A stretch of DNA of 64,000 nt, taken from positions 10,900 to 74,899 of the forward strand of contig JAZNRZ010000001.1 in assembly GCA_045590975.1 (NCBI GenBank), given 5' to 3'. The translations under genes were made by a program, and so were the position numbers. Shown piece by piece: positions 18,200-27,451 of the stretch; within the stretch, counting starts at the first letter, position 1, and the number at the start of each line of letters is the position of its first letter. The stretch comes from Candidatus Nanosyncoccaceae bacterium (GTDB lineage: Bacteria > Patescibacteriota > Saccharimonadia > Saccharimonadales > Saccharimonadaceae). The notes under the pieces were generated by a model. That model searched no databases. It was not told where the DNA came from and saw only the letters and a list, made by a program, of their open reading frames with translations.

Positions 18200-18880
18200 T
18201 TAGATACCGTCAAATGTGACCATATTGTCGCCATCGCTGTCCGGATCTTCGTCATCCTCGTAATGATCAAGCTCATCACCTAGATCGTCGATATCAGCCT
18301 CAGTGAAACCTTCACCGTCATCATCGTCGGCTGTTTCTGCCTCGATATCCATCTCTTCGAAGGATTCATCGAAGTCGCCATCGATGCTTTCGATCGAAAC
18401 GGCAGACCAAATGTCTTCTTCGCCATCGCCTTCGATAGAAACAACCGTTACAATGTCTTCTTTAGACTCGTGTTTGACTTCATAGGAAATGCTATATGTC
18501 GAAATAACAATGCAAGTTCCTACGCCTGGAGCATAACTTGAAACTTTTCGGCTCGTAAGCTCTACGTAATCCAAAGGAGCAGAACAACGCGCCGCGACCT
18601 CGGTCGTGAGCGCAGGATCATCCTCGATCAGCTCGTCAAGATCATCAATCCAGCTTATTCCATAAGCTGCTGTCAGAACTTCAACGCGAGCATCAATCGA
18701 GACCTCTTCGTCGGGAACAAATCTTTGAAAACAAGAATCTTTCAACTTAACATCATTGCATATAATCGCTCTTCCACGCGAAGATGTTTCGCTATTCGGA
18801 AAGAAACGAACAATAAATTCCTCGCCGTTAACTCTTGTTGCAAAGTAATTCTTACACCCATCAATATACAGTCTGTACAT
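18200..18880 (-). CDS. hypothetical protein with strongly acidic C-terminal third
   Basis: GGAGGTG SD. The C-terminus is rich in D/E (…EAETADDDDGEGFTEADIDDLGDELDHYEDDEDPDSDGD…). Confidence 0.75.
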   Translation of the reverse strand: MYRLYIDGCKNYFATRVNGEEFIVRFFPNSETSSRGRAIICNDVKLKDSCFQRFVPDEEVSIDARVEVLTAAYGISWIDDLDELIEDDPALTTEVAARCSAPLDYVELTSRKVSSYAPGVGTCIVISTYSISYEVKHESKEDIVTVVSIEGDGEEDIWSAVSIESIDGDFDESFEEMDIEAETADDDDGEGFTEADIDDLGDELDHYEDDEDPDSDGDNMVTFDGI

Positions 18881-19024
18881 AATTCACCTCCGCGTAAGCC
18901 CGCCGGCAGATTGTTTTGTCTGCCGCGGCTTTTCTGCGGCAGCTTTAACGGCCCGATCCAAAGTCGCTAAAGTCGCCGCAAAAAAACGGAAATGTGGTAT
19001 CTAATGCAATATCTTAAAGTACAT
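18881..19024 (-). promoter_or_regulatory. ~140-nt GC-rich 5' leader with mutually exclusive hairpins
   Basis: TGATATAAT at 19031-19039 (minus strand). CUGCCGC...GCGGCAG (18920-18942) competes with GGCAGA...UCUGCC (18902-18926) for the shared segment 18919-18926. Confidence 0.4.
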
Positions 19025-19121
19025 ACCCTTATTATATCATAAACGGCATAAAAAATCAAGCGCCGCACAGAGTTTTACCTTTTTAGCGACGCTTTGATAC
19101 GCATTTCGATTTTACAAATCA

Positions 19122-19907
19122 TCATTCCGGATCCCAGGGCCAAATCGGCCGCCCCAGCACAAAAGCACGGAGAATCAGTTGACCGTCAGAGAGCTCACTA
19201 TACTTCCCGGATTTTCGAATCTCCTTCAGCCAAGAATCGCCATGCTCCTCAAGGAAAAGAAGAGAACGTACACTCATCGGCACATCATAGGTCGAAATCG
19301 ACTTAAAGAAGCCAGCCGGCACACCGCAGGCATCTGCATAGCGTATACCGTTTACGTCACGTACCCTCCAGCAGCACAGCTCACCCTCATATTCGGCAGC
19401 ATAATAGATATCATTCGGCCCGAAATCGCGACAGATGAACCACTCATTACGAGTCAGCTTATCGCGCGTATAGCTGAGCTTATTACAAATCAGCTCTCCA
19501 GGTATTCCGTCGGCAATATACTGCTGAATCATCTCGCCATTTGCCTTCCAGCGACGCTCGACCGTTCCGTCTTCATATTCAACCTTAGGAAGCTCGTAAA
19601 CATCCTTGATCGGTTTACCAAGAATGAAGACGGCGATCTCTACGGTCTTTTCTACGGACAGGACAAGGCGTCCTCTTTCCACAATCGAATCGAGCCAGGC
19701 TGTACCATACAGGTTCATGAAGGATGCGATGCGAATGTCCTTAGGCGTGATACCGAGCTGAATCTCATGGCTCTCAATCTCGCCGTCAGGAGCATCGCAT
19801 TTTGTTATGAAGTCCTTGCTAATAACCCTGAAATAGTGAGTCTTGCCCAGCGCGTCAGAAAAAGCGAAATACGAATAGTCTTTATCTCTCAGAAACCAAT
19901 ATTTCAT
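19122..19907 (-). CDS. hypothetical protein with an internal duplicated ~40-aa module
   Basis: AAGGGGG SD. FMNLYGTAWLDSIVERGRLVLSVEKTVEIAVFILGKPI compares with LLFLEEHGDSWLKEIRKSGKYSELSDGQLILRAFVLGRPI. Confidence 0.75.
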   Translation of the reverse strand: MKYWFLRDKDYSYFAFSDALGKTHYFRVISKDFITKCDAPDGEIESHEIQLGITPKDIRIASFMNLYGTAWLDSIVERGRLVLSVEKTVEIAVFILGKPIKDVYELPKVEYEDGTVERRWKANGEMIQQYIADGIPGELICNKLSYTRDKLTRNEWFICRDFGPNDIYYAAEYEGELCCWRVRDVNGIRYADACGVPAGFFKSISTYDVPMSVRSLLFLEEHGDSWLKEIRKSGKYSELSDGQLILRAFVLGRPIWPWDPE

Positions 19908-20041
19908 GAAAACACCCCCTTAGGTTTTAGAATCGAAATGCGTTTTAAAGAGCAAAGTATCTTATCTTTATATCACATACTATAACCGCAAATCAAAGAG
20001 ACGCCAAGGGTAAAAACCTGCTTTCGTGGTATAATATTCTT

Positions 20042-21475
20042 ATGCAAAATCTACGAGAGAAATATCCAGAATTTATCTTTGATTCTTTCGAAATGCAAGC
20101 TCTGCCTACAGGCATCTTTGTTGAATATCTCTACAAGCTTGGCGAGCACGAGTTTCGCCCAACTGTCACCATTCCGATCGAAAGCGTCTCCAATAAAGAG
20201 ATAAACAACAGCTTCTTGCACGAGCTTTTCTTTAATTTTGGCATCATTAACGCTATTAGCTACTACAAGCTCACTTGCGCACCAAAATTCGTTATTCGCG
20301 CTGGCCAGCTCGACGACACTCAGAAGTTCTTCTTCCGCAAACTCTTCTACAATGGTCTTGGCGAATTCATGTTTGTAAACAACATCAATATTCCATTCGA
20401 ATCTTTCATGACCATCGAATGCGAAGAACATCCAGAAAACGAACCTACCGTAGAGGACGAAGAGGATTCCCCAGAAGAAGACAACAACTCCGACTTCAAC
20501 CCAGAAGAATCCATCAAGAAGCCAGCCGATCGCTTTAATATTGGCCATAATTTCCATGGCAACCTAATCACGGTTGGTGGCGGCAAAGATTCCGTCGTTG
20601 CCCTTGAGGCTCTTCAGTCCATGCACGCCGATAACCTTTGCTTCCAGTACAATCGCGACCTTTACCCAGAAAACGTCGCCGCACTTGGTTGCATTAAACT
20701 CGCTGGCTACAGAAGCGAAGATACGATCGACTTCAACCTTACTTTCGATAAACACCTTCTCGAGCTAAATAAAGAAGGCTATCTAAATGGTCATATTCCA
20801 TTCTCGTCTACGCTTGCTTTCGCAACCCTTATTGGCGCCTATCTGAACAACCGCAAATATATCGTTCTATCCAACGAAGCCAGCGCCAACGAAGGCAACA
20901 TCTTTGGCACAAATATTAATCACCAGTATTCAAAGTGCTATGAGTTCGAGCAAGATTTCCAGAAATATGTCGCCTACTACCTAACCGAAGAGATCTATTA
21001 CTTCAGCATCTTGCGCTGCCTAAACGAGTTTGAGATTGTTCAGAAATTCCTCAAATTCCCAAGCTACCTCAAGGTCTTCCGCAGCTGTAATGTTGGCACA
21101 AAAGAGAACAAATGGTGTGGTCACTGTGCTAAATGTCTCTATGTCTACATCATGCTTTATCCGTTCGTAGACAAAGCCGTACTACACGAAATCTTCGGCC
21201 ATGACCTACTAGACGACGAGACTTTGACAGACATTTTCAATGGCCTAATCAATCCAGACCTCACTAAGCCATTCGAATGCGTTGGCACAAAAGCCGAGAT
21301 TTGCTACAGCCTCGACCTTGCCGTTCAGGAAAAAGAAATCGAGGGCCTACCGAAACTCCTCAAGGCTTATCGCAAAGCCGGCTATAATCAGTTCCGTGAA
21401 TACAACATTCCGACCTATTACAACCCAGAACATGGCATACCAGAAGATTATCTAAAGCTAATCCTAGACCTATGA
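20042..21475 (+). CDS. PP-loop-like ATPase family protein; candidate MurL-like glutamate epimerase partner of MurD
   Basis: Leaderless (TGGTATAAT + 6 nt + ATG). GGGKDS motif and C-terminal WCGHCAKC. ATGA overlap with murD. Confidence 0.5.
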   Translation: MQNLREKYPEFIFDSFEMQALPTGIFVEYLYKLGEHEFRPTVTIPIESVSNKEINNSFLHELFFNFGIINAISYYKLTCAPKFVIRAGQLDDTQKFFFRKLFYNGLGEFMFVNNINIPFESFMTIECEEHPENEPTVEDEEDSPEEDNNSDFNPEESIKKPADRFNIGHNFHGNLITVGGGKDSVVALEALQSMHADNLCFQYNRDLYPENVAALGCIKLAGYRSEDTIDFNLTFDKHLLELNKEGYLNGHIPFSSTLAFATLIGAYLNNRKYIVLSNEASANEGNIFGTNINHQYSKCYEFEQDFQKYVAYYLTEEIYYFSILRCLNEFEIVQKFLKFPSYLKVFRSCNVGTKENKWCGHCAKCLYVYIMLYPFVDKAVLHEIFGHDLLDDETLTDIFNGLINPDLTKPFECVGTKAEICYSLDLAVQEKEIEGLPKLLKAYRKAGYNQFREYNIPTYYNPEHGIPEDYLKLILDL

Positions 21476-22770
21476 AAAACGACATCATTCAATTCTTAAG
21501 AGGAAAAAGCATTCTCATCCTTGGCTACGGGCGAGAAGGGCATTCTGCACTAGAGTTTATTCAGAAAAACCTACCAGACGCCGCCGTAGCAGTAGCTGAC
21601 ATTAATCGCATCGAAATCGATGGCGTGCTTACTTTTTATGGTCCAGATTATCTCAAGCACTGCAAAGATTTTGACGTTATTATCAAATCCCCAGGCGTAG
21701 CAATCAAAAACGATATCAGCGACGAAGACAAAGAAAAAGTCACCTCGCTTACCGATTTGTTCCTATGTTTCTGCCAAAACCCAATCATTGGTATAACTGG
21801 CACAAAGGGTAAAAGCACAACTTCGTCTCTTGTCTACCATATCTTGAATCACTGCGGCAAGAAAGCGCTTCTAACCGGCAATATTGGCCAACCATGTTTT
21901 GATATTATCGATCAGCTAGATTACGAAACAATCGTTGTCTTTGAATTATCCTGTCACCAGCTAGAATACGTCCGCACTAGCCCACACGTTTCAATCTTGC
22001 TCAACCTTTACGAAGAGCATTTTGATCATTACGCCAAGCCAGAGGATTATTTCCGCGCAAAAAAGAATATCTATCGCTTCCAGAGTAGCGAAGACCTCCT
22101 TATCTACGGCGACATTTTCGAACATGCCACTCGCGAAGAAATTGAAGCGCTCGATTCCGAAACTGTCGAGATTTCAAGCATCAATATCGACGACGGAGAT
22201 ATTCATACCAGCCTCCTTGGCGAACACAACAAGAATGACATTCGCGCAGCCGTTCGCGCCTGCGAAGGTTTTGGCCTAACTCGCAGTGAATGCTTGCAAG
22301 CCGTCGAAGATTTTCATGGTTTGCCGCATCGTCTAGAATACGTTGGCGAATACCACAACATTAAGTTCTATAACGACTCCATCGCCACCGCACAGGAAGC
22401 CGTCATCAAGGCTGTCCAAGCTCTTGGCAATGTCGATACCCTAATCCTTGGCGGCATGGACCGCGGCCTAGATTACCACCCGCTCGTAGATTTCCTTCGC
22501 GACAGTAGCGTCCGTAATATTTTGCTTTTGCCAAATACTAGCCGTAAATTCATGGGACTATTTAACGAGAAGAATTACCGCCAGTGTCTTTACGAAGTAA
22601 AAGATATGCGCGCCGCAGTAGAGAAAGTTTTCGAAGAAACCACTCCAGGCAAAATCTGCCTCTTGTCTCCAGCTGCCGCCAGCTACGGCTTTTATAAAAA
22701 CTTTGCCGAGCGCGGCGAAGATTACATCAACAAGATTAAAGAAATCGCACAAGAAAAAGAAACAAACTAG
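21472..22770 (+). CDS. murD: UDP-N-acetylmuramoyl-L-alanine--glutamate ligase (MurD family)
   Basis: GITGTKGKSTT P-loop; Mur ligase middle and C-terminal domains. Confidence 0.9.
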   Translation: MKNDIIQFLRGKSILILGYGREGHSALEFIQKNLPDAAVAVADINRIEIDGVLTFYGPDYLKHCKDFDVIIKSPGVAIKNDISDEDKEKVTSLTDLFLCFCQNPIIGITGTKGKSTTSSLVYHILNHCGKKALLTGNIGQPCFDIIDQLDYETIVVFELSCHQLEYVRTSPHVSILLNLYEEHFDHYAKPEDYFRAKKNIYRFQSSEDLLIYGDIFEHATREEIEALDSETVEISSINIDDGDIHTSLLGEHNKNDIRAAVRACEGFGLTRSECLQAVEDFHGLPHRLEYVGEYHNIKFYNDSIATAQEAVIKAVQALGNVDTLILGGMDRGLDYHPLVDFLRDSSVRNILLLPNTSRKFMGLFNEKNYRQCLYEVKDMRAAVEKVFEETTPGKICLLSPAAASYGFYKNFAERGEDYINKIKEIAQEKETN

Positions 22771-22773
22771 CAA

Positions 22774-24744
22774 ATGGATTTTAAGCTACATAGCAAATAC
22801 GAGCCAACTGGCGATCAGCCACAGGCAATTCAGGCCCTTATTAAGGGTATTAATCAAGGCATGCGCGAACAGACTTTGCTTGGCGTTACGGGTTCTGGTA
22901 AGACTTTCACGATGGCAAATATTATCGAGAAGATTAATAAACCAACTCTAGTTCTCGCCCATAACAAAACCCTTGCCGCACAGCTTTATTCCGAGTTTCG
23001 CGATTTCTTCCCAGAAAACGAAGTTCATTATTTTGTTTCTTACTTCGATTACTATCAGCCAGAAGCCTATATCGCCAGCACAGATACATATATCGAAAAA
23101 GACTCTGCTATTAACGAAGAAATCGACCGTCTGCGCCACGCCGCAACCGAGGCGCTATTAACCAGAAAAGATACTCTTATTGTCGCTTCCGTTTCTTGTA
23201 TCTATGGCATTGGTTCGCCGAACAACTACAAGCAAATGGCTATTCGTATCGCAAAGGGCGAGCCAAGAGAGCTCAACGCCTTTATTCGCACGCTAACCGA
23301 AATCCAATACCATCGCAACGATATCGCTTTTGAGCGTGGTAATTTCCGCGTCCGTGGCGATGTTGTAGATATTTTCCCAGCTTCTGGCGACCGCGCCTAT
23401 CGTATCGAGTTTGGTTTTGATGGGATCGAAAATATCAAGGTTATCGACCCGCTCACGGCAGAAGTTCTAGCCACTCCAGACGAAATTGGCATCTTTCCAA
23501 ATACTCACTATGCCACACCAAAAGAAGATCTCGATCTTGCCATCGACCGCATCCGCGAAGAATATAAGCTTCGTCTAGATTTCTTTAACCGTCAGCACAA
23601 ATATTTGGAAGCACAGCGACTTAGCCAACGCATCAAATACGACCTAGAAATGCTTGAACAGACGGGTTTCGTGAAGGGCATCGAAAACTACTCAAGACAC
23701 CTAGAAGGACGCAAGCTCGGTCAGCCGCCAGCCACGCTTCTGGATTACTTCCCAGAAGACTTCCTTACTCTTATCGACGAGTCGCATATGACCTTGCCAC
23801 AAATCCGTGGCATGTATAATGGCGATCACGCTCGCAAAGAAACTCTCGTAGAATACGGCTTCCGTTTACCAAGCGCACTAGATAACCGCCCACTCACTTT
23901 TGCCGAGTTTGATAGACATATCAGCCACGTCATTTATACTTCCGCAACCCCAGGAGAATACGAAAGACAACATAGCGAAGCCGTCGCCGAACAGGTTATC
24001 CGCCCAACCGGCCTGCTTGATCCAGAAATCGAAATTCGTCCAAGCGAAAACCAGATCGATGATCTTATCGAAGAAATAGACAAGCGCATCGCCAAGAATC
24101 AGCGTGTCCTTATTACAACCCTCACAAAGCGCATGGCCGAAGACCTAACCGACCATCTTACTGAGCTAAATATTAAAACTGCATACATTCACAGCGACGT
24201 CGACACGATGGAGCGCGCAGACATCTTGCATGATCTCCGCCTCGGCAAATACGATGTTCTCGTTGGCATTAACCTCCTTCGTGAGGGTTTGGATTTGCCA
24301 GAAGTATCTCTCGTCGCAATCCTTGATGCAGATAAGGAAGGCTTCCTTCGTAGCGAATCAGCCCTTATTCAGACTATCGGCCGCGCCGCTCGTCACGAAG
24401 AGGGCAAAGTTATAATGTATGCGGATAACCAAACCGGCAGCATGTATCGCGCCATCGAAGAAACCAACCGCCGCCGCAAAATTCAGGACGAATACAACAA
24501 AAAGCACGGCATTACACCACATTCTGTCGCAAAGGAAATTTCCGAAGGCCTACGCGCCATCATTCCGCAGAAAGAGAAGAGCAACAAGCTCAACCTCAAG
24601 AAAATCCCACGCGAAGAATACCCGGCAATCATCAAAGAGCTCACATCTCAGATGCAACTTGCTGCCGCCAACCTCGAATTCGAAAAAGCCGCCGAGCTGC
24701 GCGACCAAATCGAAGATATCAAGGTCGCACTTAAAAAGAGCTAG
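22774..24744 (+). CDS. uvrB: excinuclease ABC subunit B
   Basis: [10 protein letters not shown]...[15 protein letters not shown]; C-terminal UVR domain. Confidence 0.98.
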   Translation: MDFKLHSKYEPTGDQPQAIQALIKGINQGMREQTLLGVTGSGKTFTMANIIEKINKPTLVLAHNKTLAAQLYSEFRDFFPENEVHYFVSYFDYYQPEAYIASTDTYIEKDSAINEEIDRLRHAATEALLTRKDTLIVASVSCIYGIGSPNNYKQMAIRIAKGEPRELNAFIRTLTEIQYHRNDIAFERGNFRVRGDVVDIFPASGDRAYRIEFGFDGIENIKVIDPLTAEVLATPDEIGIFPNTHYATPKEDLDLAIDRIREEYKLRLDFFNRQHKYLEAQRLSQRIKYDLEMLEQTGFVKGIENYSRHLEGRKLGQPPATLLDYFPEDFLTLIDESHMTLPQIRGMYNGDHARKETLVEYGFRLPSALDNRPLTFAEFDRHISHVIYTSATPGEYERQHSEAVAEQVIRPTGLLDPEIEIRPSENQIDDLIEEIDKRIAKNQRVLITTLTKRMAEDLTDHLTELNIKTAYIHSDVDTMERADILHDLRLGKYDVLVGINLLREGLDLPEVSLVAILDADKEGFLRSESALIQTIGRAARHEEGKVIMYADNQTGSMYRAIEETNRRRKIQDEYNKKHGITPHSVAKEISEGLRAIIPQKEKSNKLNLKKIPREEYPAIIKELTSQMQLAAANLEFEKAAELRDQIEDIKVALKKS

Positions 24745-24807
24745 TTTCAGCGCGGCTAATATGTTTTATATAGCCGCCCACTATTACGTTGTTTTTCTTA
24801 TGTATTA

Positions 24808-24890
24808 ATAAGCTTGCAAAATCCGCAAGTAATGTCAGATAAGCCTATTACGCTCAGGTGTAATTACTTGCAAAAATCGCAAGCAATTAA
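24808..24890. repeat. REP-like intergenic element, copy 3
   Basis: AAGCTTGCAAAATCCGCAAGTAATGTCAGATAAGCCTATTACGCTCAGGTGTAATTACTTGCAAAAATCGCAAGCAATT. Confidence 0.8.
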
Positions 24891-24909
24891 CTATATTCCA
24901 AAAACCATC

Positions 24910-24943
24910 AAAAAGCACCGAACGAATCGCTCGGTGCTTTTCT
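24910..24943. terminator. bidirectional terminator
   Basis: AAAGCACCGA / TCGGTGCTTT between convergent genes. Confidence 0.8.
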
Positions 24944-24944
24944 G

Positions 24945-25385
24945 TTAGAGATAAACGCCAGGGTAACCCTGAACCCAATCACGCACAAATGTTTCTACGT
25001 TGCCAAGCGGAGTCAGGTTTTTACACTTATCCACCTCAACTACAGTGAGAACCAAGAAATTACGTCCATCGGGATCGCAGAAAATCGGATTCAGAGTACA
25101 TTTTTTGCCACTTTCATGAACCTTATCAACCTGAGCAAGCACAGCCGATACGATGTAATCCTTGGCCATCTTGCCAGATTTTACCTTGAGTCCGCCAACA
25201 GCCAGGTCGCCTTTTTCCGATCTGAGTACGAAAGGCACCTTGTATTTTCCCCTGAAGACATCACTTGCAAGCGAGCCAACCGTGCCATACACAATATGAA
25301 TCCCCTTATCAAGATACATCAGATCAGCTGCTGTCGAATCCTCACTAAAAGCATCCGTCATAAAGCTACTAGCTTTTCCCATCAT
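24945..25385 (-). CDS. hypothetical protein (146 aa)
   Basis: GAAGGAGGG SD. Second gene of a two-gene minus-strand unit. Confidence 0.7.
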   Translation of the reverse strand: MMGKASSFMTDAFSEDSTAADLMYLDKGIHIVYGTVGSLASDVFRGKYKVPFVLRSEKGDLAVGGLKVKSGKMAKDYIVSAVLAQVDKVHESGKKCTLNPIFCDPDGRNFLVLTVVEVDKCKNLTPLGNVETFVRDWVQGYPGVYL

Positions 25386-25399
25386 ACGTCATCCCTCCT

Positions 25400-25801
25400 T
25401 CAGACAAGAATATTAGGTCCCTGGTAAGCCAGAAAATGATCCAGCATATCTTCCGCGTTCTTATAGCGTTCGCCAGCACCCGAATCTTCACCGTCTTCAA
25501 TATCTGAACATTCGTCGACGTTAGTGTCAACCGAATACATGTGCATCGTGCGCCAATCCGGGAACTCAACTCTTACTAAACCATCTTCCATAAGGCTTTT
25601 CAGGATGGTCAAGATGAATTCACGCAGCGGAACAATAGAATGTTCCGTAATAACGCCGTCGTTCAGATAGACGATAAGTCCTGAGCCAGAGTAGCAGCAA
25701 ACCGGAAAACGAGCCAGTTCTTCCGAAATACCAATTGACTGTCCGCCTTCAGCAACGATAATCCTACCGTCACTAACAAAAATCGAATAAACTATCTTCA
25801 T
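25400..25801 (-). CDS. hypothetical acidic protein (133 aa)
   Basis: GGGAGGGG lies 5 nt before ATG 25801, so the track start 25816 sits in the SD. TGGTATAGT promoter about 85 nt upstream. Confidence 0.7.
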   Translation of the reverse strand: MKIVYSIFVSDGRIIVAEGGQSIGISEELARFPVCCYSGSGLIVYLNDGVITEHSIVPLREFILTILKSLMEDGLVRVEFPDWRTMHMYSVDTNVDECSDIEDGEDSGAGERYKNAEDMLDHFLAYQGPNILV

Positions 25802-25972
25802 ATTGACCCCTCCCATCTTGAAGATATATGAATAAGATTATTTGCACCGAAAGGTCTAGATTATCTCTAATCAGAATCTTAAGGTACCAAATTGCCCATA
25901 CTATACCATAAAAACCCTATTCTTCATAGAGCCACCCCTTAAATTTTGTTGATTTCATGGTATAATACTCGC

Positions 25973-27421
25973 ATGACTATTACACGTTTCGCCCCGTCTC
26001 CTACGGGATATATCCATATCGGCAATGTCCGCAGCGCAATCTACCCATATCTTGTTGCTAAGCAAGAACAGGGAAGCTTTATTCTTCGTATCGAAGATAC
26101 TGACCAGGCCAGATATGTCGAAGGCGCAACGGAACTTATTCTTGATACCCTAAAATGGCTCGGCCTAGAATGGGACGAAGGCCCAGAAAAAGGCGGCGAG
26201 CACGGCCCATATTACCAGACTCAGCGCAAAGACCTATATATCGAGTGGGCAAAGAAACTTATCGCTGAAGGTCGTGCTTATGCCGACACAACCACTCCGG
26301 AAGAGATGGCAAAATATCGCGAAGAAGCTCAGAAAGCAAAGAAACCATTCCTATTCCGCGAACATCGCCCAGAGAACCCACCAGAGTGGGAGCTAGGCAT
26401 GCCACTACGTTTCAAGGCAGAGCCAAAAGATTACACCTACGAAGACGCTGTTTATGGCGAGCTCCACATGGGCCCAGAAACTCAGGACGATATTATTCTA
26501 ATCAAGTCTGACGGTTTGCCAACCTACAACTTCGCACATATCGTTGACGATTCTAGCATGGGAATTACTCATATCATGCGCGGTCAGGAATACCTGCCAA
26601 GTATGGGCAATTATCTTGCACTTTATGAAGCTCTTGGCGTTCCACGCCCAGTGTTCGTACATCTTCCACATATTCTTGGCCCAAGTGGCAACAAGAAGCT
26701 CAGCAAGCGCGATGGCGCAAAATCCGTCACAGATTACCGCAACGATGGCATTCTTCCAGAAGCCATGCTAAACTACCTCGCATGCCTTGGCTGGAACGAC
26801 GGCACCGAAGACGAGATGTATACCAAAGAAGAGCTTATCGAGAAATTCAAACTAGATCGCATTCAGCGCGCTGGTGCTCGTTTTGACGAGACAAAACTCC
26901 TCTGGCTCAATGGTCAGTGGATCCGCCGCCGCTTTGCCGAAGATCCAAAGAAACTCTTTGCCGAAACTGCAAATTTCTGGCCAGAAAGCGCCAAGAATGT
27001 TTCCGACGAAGAGAAATACAAGATCTTTTGCATTATTTACGACCGCCTCAAGACCCTTTCCGATCTTCGCACTATGACTACCTATTTCTTCGAAGATCCA
27101 ACTATCGACATGAGCATGATTCAGACCAACAAAGCCCTCAAGAAGCTTAGCGAGTCCGAACTCTGCCAAATCCTTAGCGATGCCGCAAATGGTCTATCCG
27201 AACTCAACGAATGGTCTGCAGAAATGCTCCAGAACAAGCTTAACGAACTCATGGCAAAATCCGAGCAAAAGCCAGCCGTATTCTTTGGCCTTATTCGTCT
27301 AAGCGTTAGCTTTGCGCCATTTAGCCCGGCTTTGCACGACACCCTAAGCGTCCTAGGCAAAGAAAAAGCTCTAGCTCGCATGCGTGCCGTTGTTACTGCC
27401 TTCAAAAACGACCAGCAATAA
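25973..27421 (+). CDS. gltX: glutamyl-tRNA synthetase
   Basis: RFAPSPTGYIHIGNVRSA (HIGH) and KLSKRDG (KMSKS). Leaderless: TGGTATAAT + 6 nt + ATG 25973. Confidence 0.95.
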   Translation: MTITRFAPSPTGYIHIGNVRSAIYPYLVAKQEQGSFILRIEDTDQARYVEGATELILDTLKWLGLEWDEGPEKGGEHGPYYQTQRKDLYIEWAKKLIAEGRAYADTTTPEEMAKYREEAQKAKKPFLFREHRPENPPEWELGMPLRFKAEPKDYTYEDAVYGELHMGPETQDDIILIKSDGLPTYNFAHIVDDSSMGITHIMRGQEYLPSMGNYLALYEALGVPRPVFVHLPHILGPSGNKKLSKRDGAKSVTDYRNDGILPEAMLNYLACLGWNDGTEDEMYTKEELIEKFKLDRIQRAGARFDETKLLWLNGQWIRRRFAEDPKKLFAETANFWPESAKNVSDEEKYKIFCIIYDRLKTLSDLRTMTTYFFEDPTIDMSMIQTNKALKKLSESELCQILSDAANGLSELNEWSAEMLQNKLNELMAKSEQKPAVFFGLIRLSVSFAPFSPALHDTLSVLGKEKALARMRAVVTAFKNDQQ

Positions 27422-27451
27422 TCACTATCTTTCTTATGCTATACTAAAAGT

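Noticed and set aside
19179-19985. 268-aa plus-strand ORF opposite 19122..19907. The same applies to 59363..60094, 40368..41057, 46639..47454, 36565..37146, 15306..15896 and similar track entries.
   Set aside because: These are antisense shadows inside genes that have clear SDs, promoters, motifs or family signatures on the other strand.
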